A DNA stretch of 64,000 nt, from contig JAYWIR010000009.1 of the NCBI GenBank assembly GCA_036172245.1, positions 62,001 to 126,000 of the forward strand, read 5' to 3'. Shown piece after piece: positions 24,701 to 37,230 of this stretch. Source of the stretch: Raillietiella orientalis (lineage: Eukaryota). Both the position numbers and the translations under genes were made by a program. The stretch's first letter is position 1, and each line of letters starts with the position of its first letter. Under the pieces are notes generated by a model that ran no database searches, had not been told where the DNA came from, and was given only the letters and a program-made list of their open reading frames with translations.

Positions 24701-25619
24701 AGTCCACGTCGTGAAAAAACCCGACAGCCAGCCGAATGCAGACAATCTTCTCTCACCATACGAAAGTCAGGGAGTGAAGGAAGCTCCCTGAAGAAGAGCG
24801 AAGAGTGCTCCAAGTGGACACAAAAGTGTGGAGTATAGTGCAGAGTTTTCCTGCTGCGAGCTATGTGACTCCACGCATCAGAAATAACGCATAGATGTTG
24901 GAAGTGGTCAAACACTCATCGTTTTTCCATTCATTTACGGAAGCGTCATTCTCGTGAACGCAATCAGGGAAACCGTCGTTCCATGCACGGAAGAAGGAGC
25001 CCAAGGCAGTCTTTCCTCTTTCCGAACCAGCAGTGGCGCATCAAAGGTCACAAAAAAATATTCCTCTATTGTGTTGTATAACGGGTGGAAAGTGAGTTGT
25101 CTCAGTGAGTAAGTAAATGCCAAATGTAGTCGACTTTGAAGGTATAAACTGGGTTTCTTATGCGTGCATTACAATAACTGGTTGCCAGCAGCAATTCGAG
25201 TCAACTGTTGATGGTCTAGGAAAAGAATATGATACAGTGGTGCCTCCTCCTTCGAACTCTGCCAACTTCGAGCCTTGCAGAGCTCCTTGCTCTAAGATTG
25301 GATCCGGAGCTCGAACTATGGTTCGGATTCTGGAGGTTGACACAGATTGGCATGGGCAACAAATTAGATAACGTATATCACTTATATGCATGCACACAGC
25401 AGTGGCAAGCGCTGGTGGTACGGCGTAGACGCGTTGCATCTGCCTGCAAGTGAGGCCAAGTGAACGCGGGCTGCAATCCCCGCCTGCATATATAGAGATG
25501 ATGCAATGTACCTCTGCCGTACCTTCCCCACTTCTCACTGCAGTGTTCATCGCTCCTTGCATTACGCACCACGGTGATTGCGTAATACGTACTTCCCTTG
25601 ATTTTCGATATCTTTTTCT

Positions 25620-27230
25620 TCATTAACCATGGCATCCGAAAGAACGAAACGTGGAAGAAAGGTTGCAGCATCGGCAATTGGGATGGAAAAAAAAATCACC
25701 TTGAAACAAGAAAGTGGTACACGTTTCTTTCAAAATGTTTAGCAATGTTTAAAATGCCAAAGCCAACGATAAGATAAACATTCCCAAGAACAAGGGTGCA
25801 GCAAGAGCAAGGGTTGTGGCTGAAGGTGAGACACGCTTGACCTCGAGGAAATCACACGTTATTGAAGAGATGGAAAAATTCCTTTTGGTGTGGACACATG
25901 AGAAGAGAATAGCTAATGACATCATCACCGAGAGAATCAGATGTGAGGAAGCCCAGCATCTGCATGGTGAACTCAAGAAACGCACACTTGAAACCGGTAC
26001 TGAAAGTGAGGAGCTTAAACGAAGTGCAGGCTCATTCGATCAATTCCAAAAAGGATCAGCAGCGCAGTGATGCATTGCGAAGCTGCGAGGGCCAAATTTG
26101 AGGAAGCCAACTATTTTGCAAGATGATTTAAGGAGTTTCTATACAGTAAAGGATTTGCACCTCAACAAGATTGCAATCGTGATCAAACAGGTCTTATATG
26201 GAAAGGAATGCCCAGGAGGACCTATATTACAAAAGAAGAAAAGAGGGCACAGGGGCAAAAACCAAGATGAAAGATGCGTTCACCTTGTCTCTCTGTGGTA
26301 AAGCTAGTGGACCTTGCAAGATAGAGCCATTGCTCGTTCGCCATTTTAAAAATCCACGCACGTTTGGAAAGAGCAGTGTTGTGAAGAGCAGCTTGGAAGT
26401 TCCGTGGACGGCCTACCCGAAGGCGTGAGTAAACCGACAGTTTCCCACCAAGCGGATTCATGGAGAATTTCCTCCTGCGGCGAGTGCTTCGTCTTACTGA
26501 AAGAAATCTTCTTTTCAAAGTTCTTCGAGTGAGAGACAACGCTCCTTCTCATCCTCCAATTTTAGAACAGCATTCAGTGGATGAATCTAGTTTGATCAGC
26601 ATGAAGTTTTTGCTGGTCAATACCACTTGTACAGCTTATGGACCAGCAAGCCATTTCGAACTTGAAAAAACTGTTCGCTAAGGCCATGTTTTAAAGATGC
26701 TTGGAAAATAACCAGTAACGCAGAACTCGCTCTTAAGGAATTTCGTAAGGAGCATTACAGCACCTTTCATTGCTCGAGGATCATCGTTATGGCATGGAAG
26801 CAGTGGAATTTCTTGCTTGGAAAACATTCTGGTCAGATCGCATTTCATTCAGGGAAATAGAGAGTTTCGAAGAAGAGTCTATCGAAAATGAAATTTTGTA
26901 TATAAGTAGAGCTATGGGATTGCAGGTGAGGATGCACAGGAGATTAATTGATCACCACCATAGAGAACTCGGCACAGAACGACTTCAACATCTCCACGAT
27001 CAACAACAAAAAGAAGTGGGCGAAGAAATTTTTTTGCAAGAGGAGGGCGTCGAGGGATGCATTTTCAGTTCCGACCTTAAGGAATTGCTCTCTGTTTGGT
27101 CCAGAGCACAAGCCATTGTGGAAAATTGGCACTCTGATAAGACAGTGGTTACCAAGAAGATCAACTTGTTTGATGACAATTTGTTAGGAAAACATCGAAA
27201 AAAGTCCTCAGAGTCAAACAGCATCAGAGA
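25620..27230 (+). mobile_element. Tigger/pogo (TIGD1-like) DNA transposase pseudogene
   Basis: CENP-B HTH MEKFLLVWTHEK..IITERIRCEEA. DDE_1 motifs GFAPQQDCNRDQTGLIWKGMPRRTYITKEEK, MKDAFTLSLCGKASG..PLLV, DNAPSHPP. Several frameshifts. TIRs not identified. Confidence 0.92.
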
Positions 27231-27279
27231 AATTCTTCTCTGGAGACAAAAAAAAAGAGGGACCAACAAAAAAGGTACA

Positions 27280-27750
27280 TGAAAGAATATGTCGGCGTTG
27301 CGGAACGGAGGACGAGACACTATCCCACATGTTGAACAGATGTAAAAAGCACGTCCCTCTGAAGATGCAGCGCCATGATGCGAATCGAGAAATCGCGGAG
27401 TTCCAGGAAGCATCTCTATCCTAAAACCAGACCTGGTTTTAGAAAAACGTGACCGAATAAGTGTGCTGGACATCTCCTGCCCATTCGAAAATGGAAAGGA
27501 GACGTTCACAGCAGCCAGGAAGATCAAAGAGGCCAGATGCCAAGATGTCGCAATGGAACTCGGAAACACTGGAAAGCAAACCAAAGTCCATGCGATCCTT
27601 ATCGGCTCACTTGGAGCATGGGATCCTGGAAACGAAGAGGTACTCCAATACCTTGGAATTCCAAAACAGAAGCTTGTGAAACTAAGGCAACGGATGGTAG
27701 CCACCCACATCCGCTCTTCAAGTAGCATATAAGCAACGCATGTAAAAAGG
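27280..27750 (+). mobile_element. Utopia/NeSL-like REL retrotransposon 3' fragment (CCHC + PD-(D/E)xK endonuclease)
   Basis: CRRCGTEDETLSHMLNRC..RHD, then LKPDLV..LDISCPFENG..AARKIK..IGSLGAWDPGNEEVLQYLGI..MVATHIRSS. Confidence 0.9.
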
Positions 27751-27888
27751 AAAAACGCAGCCCAACCAGATGACCCTCCGGAAGACAGCACCGAAGAACC
27801 GTGAAAGACACGGAGAAAACAACAACCGCAGAAGATTCTCGAGAGCCATTCTTGTTGGTTGGAGTGCACGGGCTGGAGGAAGCAGAGT

Positions 27889-28268
27889 TTAATTCGAGCT
27901 CGTGTGCTTGGTCACTTCTTTCGTGCCCTACGAGACGGCGTGCTTGGCCAGTTCCCCGGGCAGTAGCAGCAGGCGCACCGCCGTCTGCATACCGCCGTCT
28001 CCCCGCTGGTGATGCTGGTGAGCTTGTAGTGCGACAGGCGGGACGCTTCTGCAACGATGTGCTCTGAGATGTCGCTCACGAAGCTGCTCATGATCGACAT
28101 CATCCTTGCTGGAGATGCCCGTGTCCGGGTACACCTGCTTCAACACTTTGTGGATGTAGATGGAGTAAGTCTCCTCCTTCCTCTTCCGCTTCTTCTTCTT
28201 GTCCCCCTTCGTGATGTTCTTCCCCGCCTTCCAGACCAGACTTCACCCCTACCAGACTTCGGAGCCAT
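27889..28268 (-). pseudogene. H2B: Histone H2B pseudogene
   Basis: [90 protein letters not shown]. Several frameshifts and a premature TAG. Confidence 0.95.
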
Positions 28269-29339
28269 CTCGAATCCACACGGCAGTGTGGATTCGAAAT
28301 GGCTGCACCCTTCAGACAGTGAAGAGAACAAAAAAAGAGCGAACCAACATCCTCCACTCCGGCTAAGATGCAGAAAGGAGGCGCCTAGAAACACATTTCC
28401 ATCTTTGTGATTTTCATTTTGGAAAATAATTCCCCATTTTTCCATTTACTTTTCCATAATACAAATTCCCAAAATAAATCGAAACTTATTCTGTTCAATT
28501 TTTTGAGGTTTCTGGAACGAATTCAATACGGAGTCGTAATTTAACAGAAATTCGATTCCTTCGTCCACAGATCAATTACACAAGGATGTAATTGCAACTT
28601 GAAAGGAATCGTTGGTAAAAGGGGGTGCAAAATGCCAAATAAAGTGCACAAACTGCATGATAAAGCTAAAGCTGAGCAAAATATTTATATTTTGCAAAAC
28701 ATTTAATCTGAGCAGCAGAGGAAATTTTGTACAGTCACAGCTGATGCAGATTTTACAGCAATGGGTTATGGAGTTATCTTGTAATCATTTTGTGTGACTT
28801 GTTTGCCAGCAAAATTGCAATTGGTGTATCAGCATCAAGTAATTGCCTGTTTAAAAGTAATGAGTCAAATGAAGTGGGAGGAATTGAATTTTGAACGGAC
28901 CTATTGCAATCCTATACAACACGTGATTACAAGATAATTTCGATGTTTTTATCAAAATCTCAGCATCACGGAGATTGAAAAGATGAATTGAAGAAATGAA
29001 TAAAGAAATGATTTCAAATCAACCAACTGAAGAGGCTGCAAGTCTTCAACCTTAATAAGAAATATTAGGTGATCATCGTGAACGAAAATCTAATGTTTTC
29101 AAAAAATCACTTGATGACGTCGGAAAAGTATCAACAAAAATTGAAACGTCAGCAAACTCAGGCAGTGTTCTTACTGATAGTGCAGGTGTATTTGATGACT
29201 GAGATCAAATCACTTGTATTTTTCAAAGTGGTGACCTTACTAATCTGGACGCTCTTCCATCAACGGGGGATATGCGTTTCGCATTAAAGTTCGCTTTTGA
29301 TCGTGCTGGGAAAAAAGCTGATCTTTCAGGGATTTTTTC

Positions 29340-30464
29340 CAGTATGAATTCATCAGGTGTTAAAGGATTCGAGATAGATGAGCAGTCCTCCGGTAGTGTT
29401 GGTGGTCCAGGTAGTTTAGCTATGCACCACGAGTAGCTAGTTTTGGTTCAAATATTGCTGAAATGTCTGGCCGTGGTTTTGGCCAAACTGGAGGAACAGT
29501 TGGCAAATGAGAAAGCTTTGAAGGTTTCCAAGTGGAAATTATTTTTCAAGCGTTTCAACGTGTTCTTCATAGAGTGAATGTTTCAATTAGGGCTCCATCA
29601 AGCAGTATTGTTCCAGTAAAGAAAAAGGTTTATGCCCTAAGAAGTGCTACTGCAACTGTGAACCCAATTCCATGAATTGCTGCAAGCATCCTGTGTAAGA
29701 AAATTGCCAGTGTAGTTAAGTCCAGGTGGGTAGTGAAGGAATTGTTTTCGATGCTCAGTGTGGAATGGTGCATTTACGAAATCAGTCTCTGAAGCAAAGC
29801 AACTAGATTACGTTATGCTTGGAATTGCAAAACATTTATATAAAAAAATTACAGCTCAAATTACTAATATGGATCAACCATTGGGTGGGGCAATTGGTAG
29901 CGCAATCGAAATCCAGGAAGTTGTGAAAACTTTGCAGAGGAGTGGATCTGAGGATTCCCATAGTATTGTGTGTGAATCAGCAGCACCAAGTTTGTGTTAG
30001 GGTGAAAAATAGAATGATTTGGATGAAGCATTTCAAGCATCTGAAGCTGGATGGAAAACAAAAGAACCACTAGAATATTTAATGGAGTTCCTTAAAGAAC
30101 AGGTTGGCGATTTATCTTTGATAGATCCTATGGATAATCTTGATTTCATGTTAAATACCAAAAAGAGAATTGAACTTCAAGGTAAAACAGCAGGTAATGT
30201 CGAAATAGTTGATGCGAGTGAAATTGGATTGTTAGCAGTTCGTTTATTGCTAACAGAAATACAAAAGAAGAGGTAATTGATGAGATGGCAGGAATCTAGC
30301 TAAATGGAAAAAATGGTGGAAAAGTTGAAGCCGGTGAAGTACTTATGGCATTATATGCCACTGGTTATAGAAGTGAACCACTTTATGAATGGACTGAAAA
30401 AACCTTCCAGATTTTATCAAATCCACCAAAACCTGTGAAATTACTATATGCAATAGTTCAATAA
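29340..30464 (+). pseudogene. pdp: Pyrimidine-nucleoside/thymidine phosphorylase pseudogene, intronless, lacking the normal N-terminus
   Basis: IDEQSSGSVG (~VDKHSTGGVG), MSGRGFGQTGGTVGK*ES, KKVYALRSATATV..IAASILCKKIA, GAFTK, ITNMDQPLGGAIGSAIEI, IDEMAGI.L..GGKVEAGE. Ends LLYAIVQ* at 30464. Confidence 0.93.
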
Positions 30465-30721
30465 ACTAATTAGTTTATTTATATCAAAATTTCAGTAACA
30501 TTAAATAGAGAGGGCAATGGGAGCAACAATCTGTCTGTTCACAGGGGCCACTGGATGGCCTGCGATGCAGGGGGTCTCCGGAAACGGAAGATTCCAAGGT
30601 TCGGCAGGCGAGGGTAGGGACTCCACACACCCCTCCCCTTGGCATGCCAATTGCAACTCGGGATTTCGGGTGGGGAGGGAAGGGTTTGGTGGGGAGGTTT
30701 GTTCTCTTTGGGGAGCCAACG

Positions 30722-30811
30722 GGAGGAAGGGGGAGATGGCATGCAACAGGTTGGCCCACCAGGAGGAAGGGGGAGATGGCATGCAACAGGTTGGCCCACC
30801 AGGAGGAAGGG
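30722..30811. repeat. Perfect 40-bp tandem duplication (2.25 copies)
   Basis: GGAGGAAGGGGGAGATGGCATGCAACAGGTTGGCCCACCA at 30722 and 30762, partial third copy at 30802. Confidence 0.95.
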
Positions 30812-31639
30812 AGTGCTCCTGTAGAAGAAAAATGCTTGAAATCATGCGCTGTCCAGCTGTCGGTTTTACGCATGCCCACTCCACCCACGAGGGCAGTGGA
30901 AGCAAAAACGGTGAAGTTACGTCAGCCTATGCATACAATTGCTGATCCAAAATTCAAGTGTACGTCTTCCACGAAAAAAGGGCTTCTGAAGGCATGACGG
31001 TGCTTTCTTTTTTTGTTGTTTCGCGATCAGAAATTTTTCGGACGAGGGTGTTTGAAAAAAAATTGCTTTGTTTCGCTTCAAAACCTACAGGGATGCTCAA
31101 TTGAGAATAAGATGAGCATGGTGGCTCAGTTGCAGATTTCACTTTTGTTCAACATCCCATTCGCACCCACCATCATTGGAAATCGACACAAAACGAAGAC
31201 ATGACGTTGATGACTGGAGATTAAAACGGCTTACGGGACATTGCGTTCCCCGGAGAAAAAAAAAGGACAAAAACAAAGGAAGCTGAGGCAAATGGGATGG
31301 CAATCCTTTGCGAACAAAATTGAGGTGCAGAAGAATGTAAATCTTTGAGGAAATCGACCGGAAAAAATTTCGAGACATCAACCTCGTTTTGGGAGGATGG
31401 AAAGTATTTGGGGGATGTTTATTTCCGAACGTTTTCGGTGGGAAGGATTGCTCCTGGAGAGAGCGGTGGGACGGAAACTGGTGGTCGAGGTGGTTGGATC
31501 GATGGATCGAGCAGTCTAACGACGGTTGCAACGGTTCGGAATCGCCTACTTCTCGACCGGTTGCTGTCCTCTTCCTGTCTCGAGGGATGCACTTGGATTC
31601 TTCAAGTTCCTTCAAATGGAAGGGAGGTTTTCTTTTTCT

Positions 31640-34600
31640 TCCTCACTTGGAAGCCATCTTTTCCAATGGACGGACTTCGTCTGTGGTTGTGCACAGCACT
31701 TTTCTTCAGCACGCAGCGCACTTCCTGCGAGGAAAGGGCAATGTTTTACGGAAAGATGGGGGAATGGAAGGGATCGCAGATCGCCGGAAGGGGTTCTCTG
31801 CATCCGACTTTGGATGCGGGCAAGTGCCGGTCGTAATGCTAATGCTGTGCATCAAATTTTCCAATTTCTCTTCTTTCCTTTGTGGAGCTTCAGGAAACGC
31901 GTTTTCCTTGCCTTCGGGTGGACAAGTCACGCCCACTTCGATCCACTTTCCTTGTTTTTCAAAGATGAGATTTGGCTTTAACCGAGAGTCCACTCCAGGC
32001 TCCCTTTGGTCCGCTGATACGAGCTTGCATCCTCCTACCTTTGTGGCGGCTGCTTGCAGTCTCAGCACGATCGCATCATGTCGGGAGATGTGGTAAATGC
32101 TTGACGCAACGATTTCATATGTGTGGTAATGTCTCTTTCCGACAGTTGGATCTTCAGCACAGGCGATCGGGTGGCAATTTTCTTGCTGCTCCTCTAATTG
32201 GCACGACGTTTAGCATTGGCGGAGTGGATGAAGCGATAATCCGCGAATCGAATGCGGTCACCTGAAGTGAGGAAGTGGATGGAATCCATGTGTGATCCAA
32301 CGTAGTTGATGGCTTTCCCTTGGTCCCGATGATTTTTTATTACGGAATGCCACATCTTTTCTCGTTGGACTGTTCGGAAGTTGGCCGCGAATTTCTTCCT
32401 AACCGTTGTATCTAACGCCATTCCAGGAATTTGCACTTTCGGTCCACTATCTTCGAAATCTTCTGTGGCCTTGGTGAGCTTGGGAGCTTGCCTGGCAGTA
32501 GTCCAGAAGCTCTTGATGTCTGCGCTGCTTCTTTCAAACTTCCCGTTGCATCCTCCTGAAAGGAATCGACCGGCTTCTTCGTCTGTGGGTGGTTGAAGTA
32601 TTTTCTTCGCCACCGCTTCACGCAAAGATTCTCCGGCGAGACTTCTTACAATTTTGTGTGGCGATGTTCAAAGCTTGAAACAACAAGCCACGATGAAGGT
32701 GTCGGATAGGCTCAAGAGCCTAAGGCAAGCTTTTTTCCTGTCACCGTAAATGTGTTCGTTTGCGGCAGTCGGAGGAAGGAGAAGTATTTCCTTGACTAGC
32801 AGTCTTATCTTGATGTCTGGATATTTCCGATCCGATTCGGTCCATCCCTAGCCTCCCGAAGTGGATGAGGCTAGGGAAGAAAAATACTCTAAGCGCATCC
32901 AACTTCTGCCACGGTGACAGTTCGGATGATAAAAAAATTTCTGCTTTTGTAAGGATGTCTTCTTTGGTTGTTTTCTTGTTGAAGATCTCGATTCCGAATG
33001 GCTTTCCACGGAACTTGTAGGCTTCCGGAGGTTCCGTGTTCTCAATGAGGCCCTTTTTGAGCTCAATCTCCATGTGTTTCAAGCCTTTTGGCGTTTTCCT
33101 TCCATAGAATGGTGTTACGCACTTTGTGGGGTTGATGGTGAGTCCGATTCTTTCTGATATTGATTCCATTTGACATATTCGCTTTTTCAATTCTTCTTCG
33201 GTGTCCGCAAAGATCACCAGGTCATCTACGGAGGCAAGTACGCTGTCTTCCCCGTAAGATTCTTCGAATGTTCTAATTACCGGCTCTAAGGACCATATGA
33301 AGACAAAGGAGCTCAGCGGGCATCCTTGCTTGACTCCTCTTCGTAGTTTTCGTAGTCTTGTGACCCCAGACTCCACTTGGATCAATGTCGTGCTGTCTTC
33401 ATATAGGTCTTGGCTGAGCGTAACGAACTGCTCACCTACTCCTGTTTCCCTAAGAGTTCTTAGCAGAAACTTGCGGGAGGTGTTTCCAAATGCGTTTATG
33501 AGATCAATGAAGACTTGTTTCAAGCTTTTGCGACATTTCGCGTGATCCAAACGTGTCTGTAGGATGAGGTTTTAATCAAGCACTCCATCTCCTTTCTGCT
33601 GAGGGCTCATAATTCATGGGTTATAAGGCATTCCTTAATTCCTGTAAGAAGGCATTTCGCGTACACTCCATAGATACTGTTGCCAATCGAGATCCATCAC
33701 CAATCTGCCATTTCCTGAAGTGCATTCCCTGGTTTCGGCAGCAGAATGGTTTTCGTACACTTCCAGGAGGGTATGTTTACTTCGTTCTTAATGGAATGTT
33801 GAATATGAGGGTAATCACTTCGCTGTTGGGATCCACTTTTCTCCATCCTGTGCATGTGAATCCATCCGTTTCTGGGCTGGAGTTTAGCTTTCTTCAGGAG
33901 ATTGGCCACCTCCTTAGTGGAGAAGAGAGTCATATTCTTAGGAGAGATCACTTGTTTTCTTCCTAATAGTGTTTACCATCAGTTTTCCATTTGCTGTTTG
34001 GGGAATTTCTAGTTCCTGATGAAAGCAGTGCTCTACTTTTTGATTGTCGAGTGAGCACATCGTGTTTTTGTATCCTATTATCGTTCTTATTGAGCTCCTT
34101 CTATTCATGTTGTATAATTTTTGAATTGCTTTTTTATTTAGGAGGTTTGTCACGAATTTCCTCTTCAACGGTTTCTGTTCTTTCACTTTTAGGATGGTTT
34201 TTACTTTGGATATCAGATTTTCGTATGACTCTTCAAAGTCATTCCTGCATGTGTTCTCCGATTGGTGCATGGTTGGAAAATGCTCTTTTTCTATTGGTGG
34301 TTTCACACAGGAGTTGGTTTCTTTCTTACCAATTGCGGTCTTAGTCCTTCGTACCTGCGCCATTTTGCGTATTTGATTTTCTACATTGTGTCGTGTTTGT
34401 TATCGAATGTGTACTTCATTTATCGACTTTTCCTCTTCAGTCAACTTGCATTCTTGTTCCACAGGATGATGAATTTCTTTGTAGAGGTATCCTTTTATTT
34501 CGTTATCCGGATCGTTTTGTGTTATCGTTTCGTTATCCTGGTTATCCTGATCTTTGTCTGATGCGAGGATTTCTTGGTGGTTAATTACGCATTGCCATTT

Positions 34601-35400
34601 GCGACAGACGCATGTCGCGTCAATGGATCGTGGAAGATGATCGGGATGTAGCTATTCTGAGCCAGTTCTTTTTCTTCTCTTCCGTGTTGTTCACTGTTTC
34701 GGATACCGGAAGTATCCTGAAGAACGGAGGATCTGCACCAGACTCTGTAGTTTGTCTATTAGGGATACGCATTTTCTTCTGCGATGTTGTCTTCCTCCTC
34801 AATGTGACTTCCAGCGAAATCATTTAAGTTGCCAAAGAATTCTTCATCATCACTTTCTTCTAGTGCTGGGATTTCTTCGGATGTTTCTCCTCGTAACGGT
34901 GTCTTTTCTTGGATTTCCTGCTCATTCGGTTCCAAATGATCCGCACTCTCAGCATCCTCGGCGTTGTCTTCGCTTGTTTGAGGTCTCCTCTCCGCTTCGC
35001 CGTACCACTTCTGATGATGGATTGGTCCTCGTTTGGAAAGGAAGGCCATTCCACAGTCAGGCTCGTTGCATCTGTGCAACATTGGCGTTTCCACTGCAGT
35101 TGGACATGTGGAGGATTTTGTCGGTGCTTTCGTGGATGTCTGATGCGAGGATTTCGTGGTGGTTAATTACGCATTGCCATTTGCGACAGACGCATTTCGC
35201 GTCAATGGATCGTGGAAGATGATGTTTGTACGGTCGATGCTGTATCCATATGATGATGGCCCATTCATCTTTGGTGTTGGTGTCCTGAGGGAATGGAAAG
35301 TGATTCTTTCGGAAAGTGATTTATACTTCTTTGAGGATGATCCCGTCAAATTGAATCCTCGGCTTGTTGTTGCTTCCTGAGTGATTGTGTTTTACTGCTG
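31640..35400 (-). mobile_element. Near full-length but inactivated Utopia/NeSL-like REL retrotransposon (ZnF-RT-CCHC-REL)
   Basis: C2H2 finger CNEPDCGMAFLSKRGPIHH (~35.05 kb). PSWKCTKTILLPK. RT ORF 32741-33550 with IDLINAFG, RRGVKQGCPLS, SVDD (dead YADD), GLTINPTKC, LSPWQKL. IRFADYRFIH. KETLPHI..RC..HDAIV. LKPNLI..VGVTCPPE. Confidence 0.92.
34555..35223. repeat. 87-bp direct repeat (34555-34641 and 35137-35223, 2 mismatches)
   Basis: TGTCTGATGCGAGGATTTC...GGATCGTGGAAGATGAT occurs twice, 582 bp apart. Confidence 0.95.
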
Positions 35401-36829
35401 GGCGTAGCTCTTTCATAAATCCAAGAGATGGGTTGAAATGTTTGGTTCGATCGATTTGCCTGCCAAGATGCCCACCGATTGCATCCGCTGTCTCATTCGC
35501 ATTGCAATCCGCTCAAGATTGGTATGGAGAGTGGAAGAAAATGGAAATTGGAACGCAGACAGCTAGTTCCATATCCGAATTCGAGAACGAAGAGCCGTGA
35601 GGAAAACTTGGATGCATCACGGGAAACATTTTGGAGACATTTTGGATTCATTCTCGCATTTCATAAGCAAAGGAAAGAGTGGCACTTTAGTTTTGCTGAG
35701 GAAAAAAAAATGTTCAAGCCACTATTGGGAGCTTCGAAGCTTTCGAATGCCTTTCATTAAATAGAGTAACCGATTCTATTATTCTTATGGATGAAAGCTT
35801 TTGTTTTGCTAGAAACATGTGTTATTATTTCAACTGTAATTTTGGTTGAGGTGATTGGGGATTTCTCTTTTGGGCTTTTGGATGACGGACGGCATTGGAT
35901 GAACGGACACATCTATTGATAACCTGAGGTGATCTGGGTGGTGTGGATAACGGAATGCATAGCAGTAGGCTAACCTCAAATCGCGGTTAGTTATTCCGTA
36001 AACATGATCTTATTGGATACTTTGAATTTATTGTGTCTTCTCTTACTCTAAGAGAATTGCTGTTTCTTGCTTAACAAGGGATTGTTTCTTTGTGTCATAT
36101 ATGCAGTTATAATAGTAGGAAGACGAGTAGGTGCACAATTTCCGTGAAGAGTGCACCTTGTGAACGTAAACAAAAACAAAGATCGTGGATGCGGGTGAGC
36201 AATGGAGTGAGAATTTGGAATGCAGAGAGTAAGCAGATGAGGACTATAGAATGCCGAGTGAACGAAAGAGGGAATCGAATTGGGAAGCATGCTAATGGAT
36301 AGGAGGCCAGTGGTTAGGGAAGTCGAGGGAGCAGAAAAATGTTAATTTTCTTTTTCTTTTTGAAAAAATGGGAGCAGCGTTTACATTTCCCTGGAGTTCC
36401 CGATCTTTAGGAAAGAACGGTGTGGAGGATCGGTGCTGCTTCGGTGGATGCTACGGTATGGTCGAAGGAGGGTGTAAGAGCAGTTGAATTGTGAGTGAAT
36501 CCAGAATCGCCCATGAAAGCAAATCGTCAGAAGAAGAAAGCAAGGAATACTTTTTCGTTGAAAATAAATGCAAAGATTGGAAATCTGGATGTGCTGATTA
36601 TTTTTTAGAAGCATACTTGGACATCTAGATGCTCGTTTCATGTCTGTCTCCTGCAGGAATCTATTTCCAGTTGTGGATACCCTAAAGAGTATAAACTGGG
36701 TGTGTTTCTTGTGCACAAAACAGGTTTGGCAGAGGGTTGTTCATGGTGCTTAGGCATACCCATGATCCATCGATCATGGGTATGCCTTGGTGAAAAAGAA
36801 ATGGTTGATGGATTACAGTTGTTGCACCG

Positions 36830-37230
36830 GGCCGACAGCATGCAACGCACCACTGGAGGAGGGGGAGTGCGGCCCCAGACTGTGCCAGGTGAGGAGAACG
36901 GGAAACCTTACAGCACCGGTTGTTGGATTGCGTTGCCCTCCTGCGCGTCCGGGAACGCTTCCCTGCGGCTGCCTCACTCCCGATGGACAATGGCAGGGTG
37001 GTTTTGAGGTGCCTCTTCGCGCGAATCGATGTCGCCAGCAGCTTCCCTTGCAGCCCTGTGCTGACTTCCGTGGGATGGAGACGGAGAGAAGCCTCGCCGA
37101 AAGCGGCCAGTCGTGGGGAGGTCATCCCGATCGCCTGCTCCTTCGTGATGAAGGTGACACATCCCTGTGACGGACGCATCCCTGTGAACAACAGCAGGAA
37201 ACTACCAACATCCTCCGAAGTATGCTGAGG
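36830..37230 (-). mobile_element. R2-like pre-CCHC/CCHC fragment
   Basis: LQGKLL...LKTTLP...RCCKVSRSPHLAQS resembles the R2 LP...GC...ETL.HI.Q.C region. Confidence 0.35.

Noticed and set aside
29500..29680. In-frame TGA in the phosphorylase as Mollicute Trp recoding
   Set aside because: Both TGAs fall at conserved Leu positions, and TAG stops and frameshifts also occur, so this is ordinary decay.
30722..30811. CRISPR-like repeat
   Set aside because: Units are head-to-tail with no spacers, there are no cas genes, and the context is eukaryotic.
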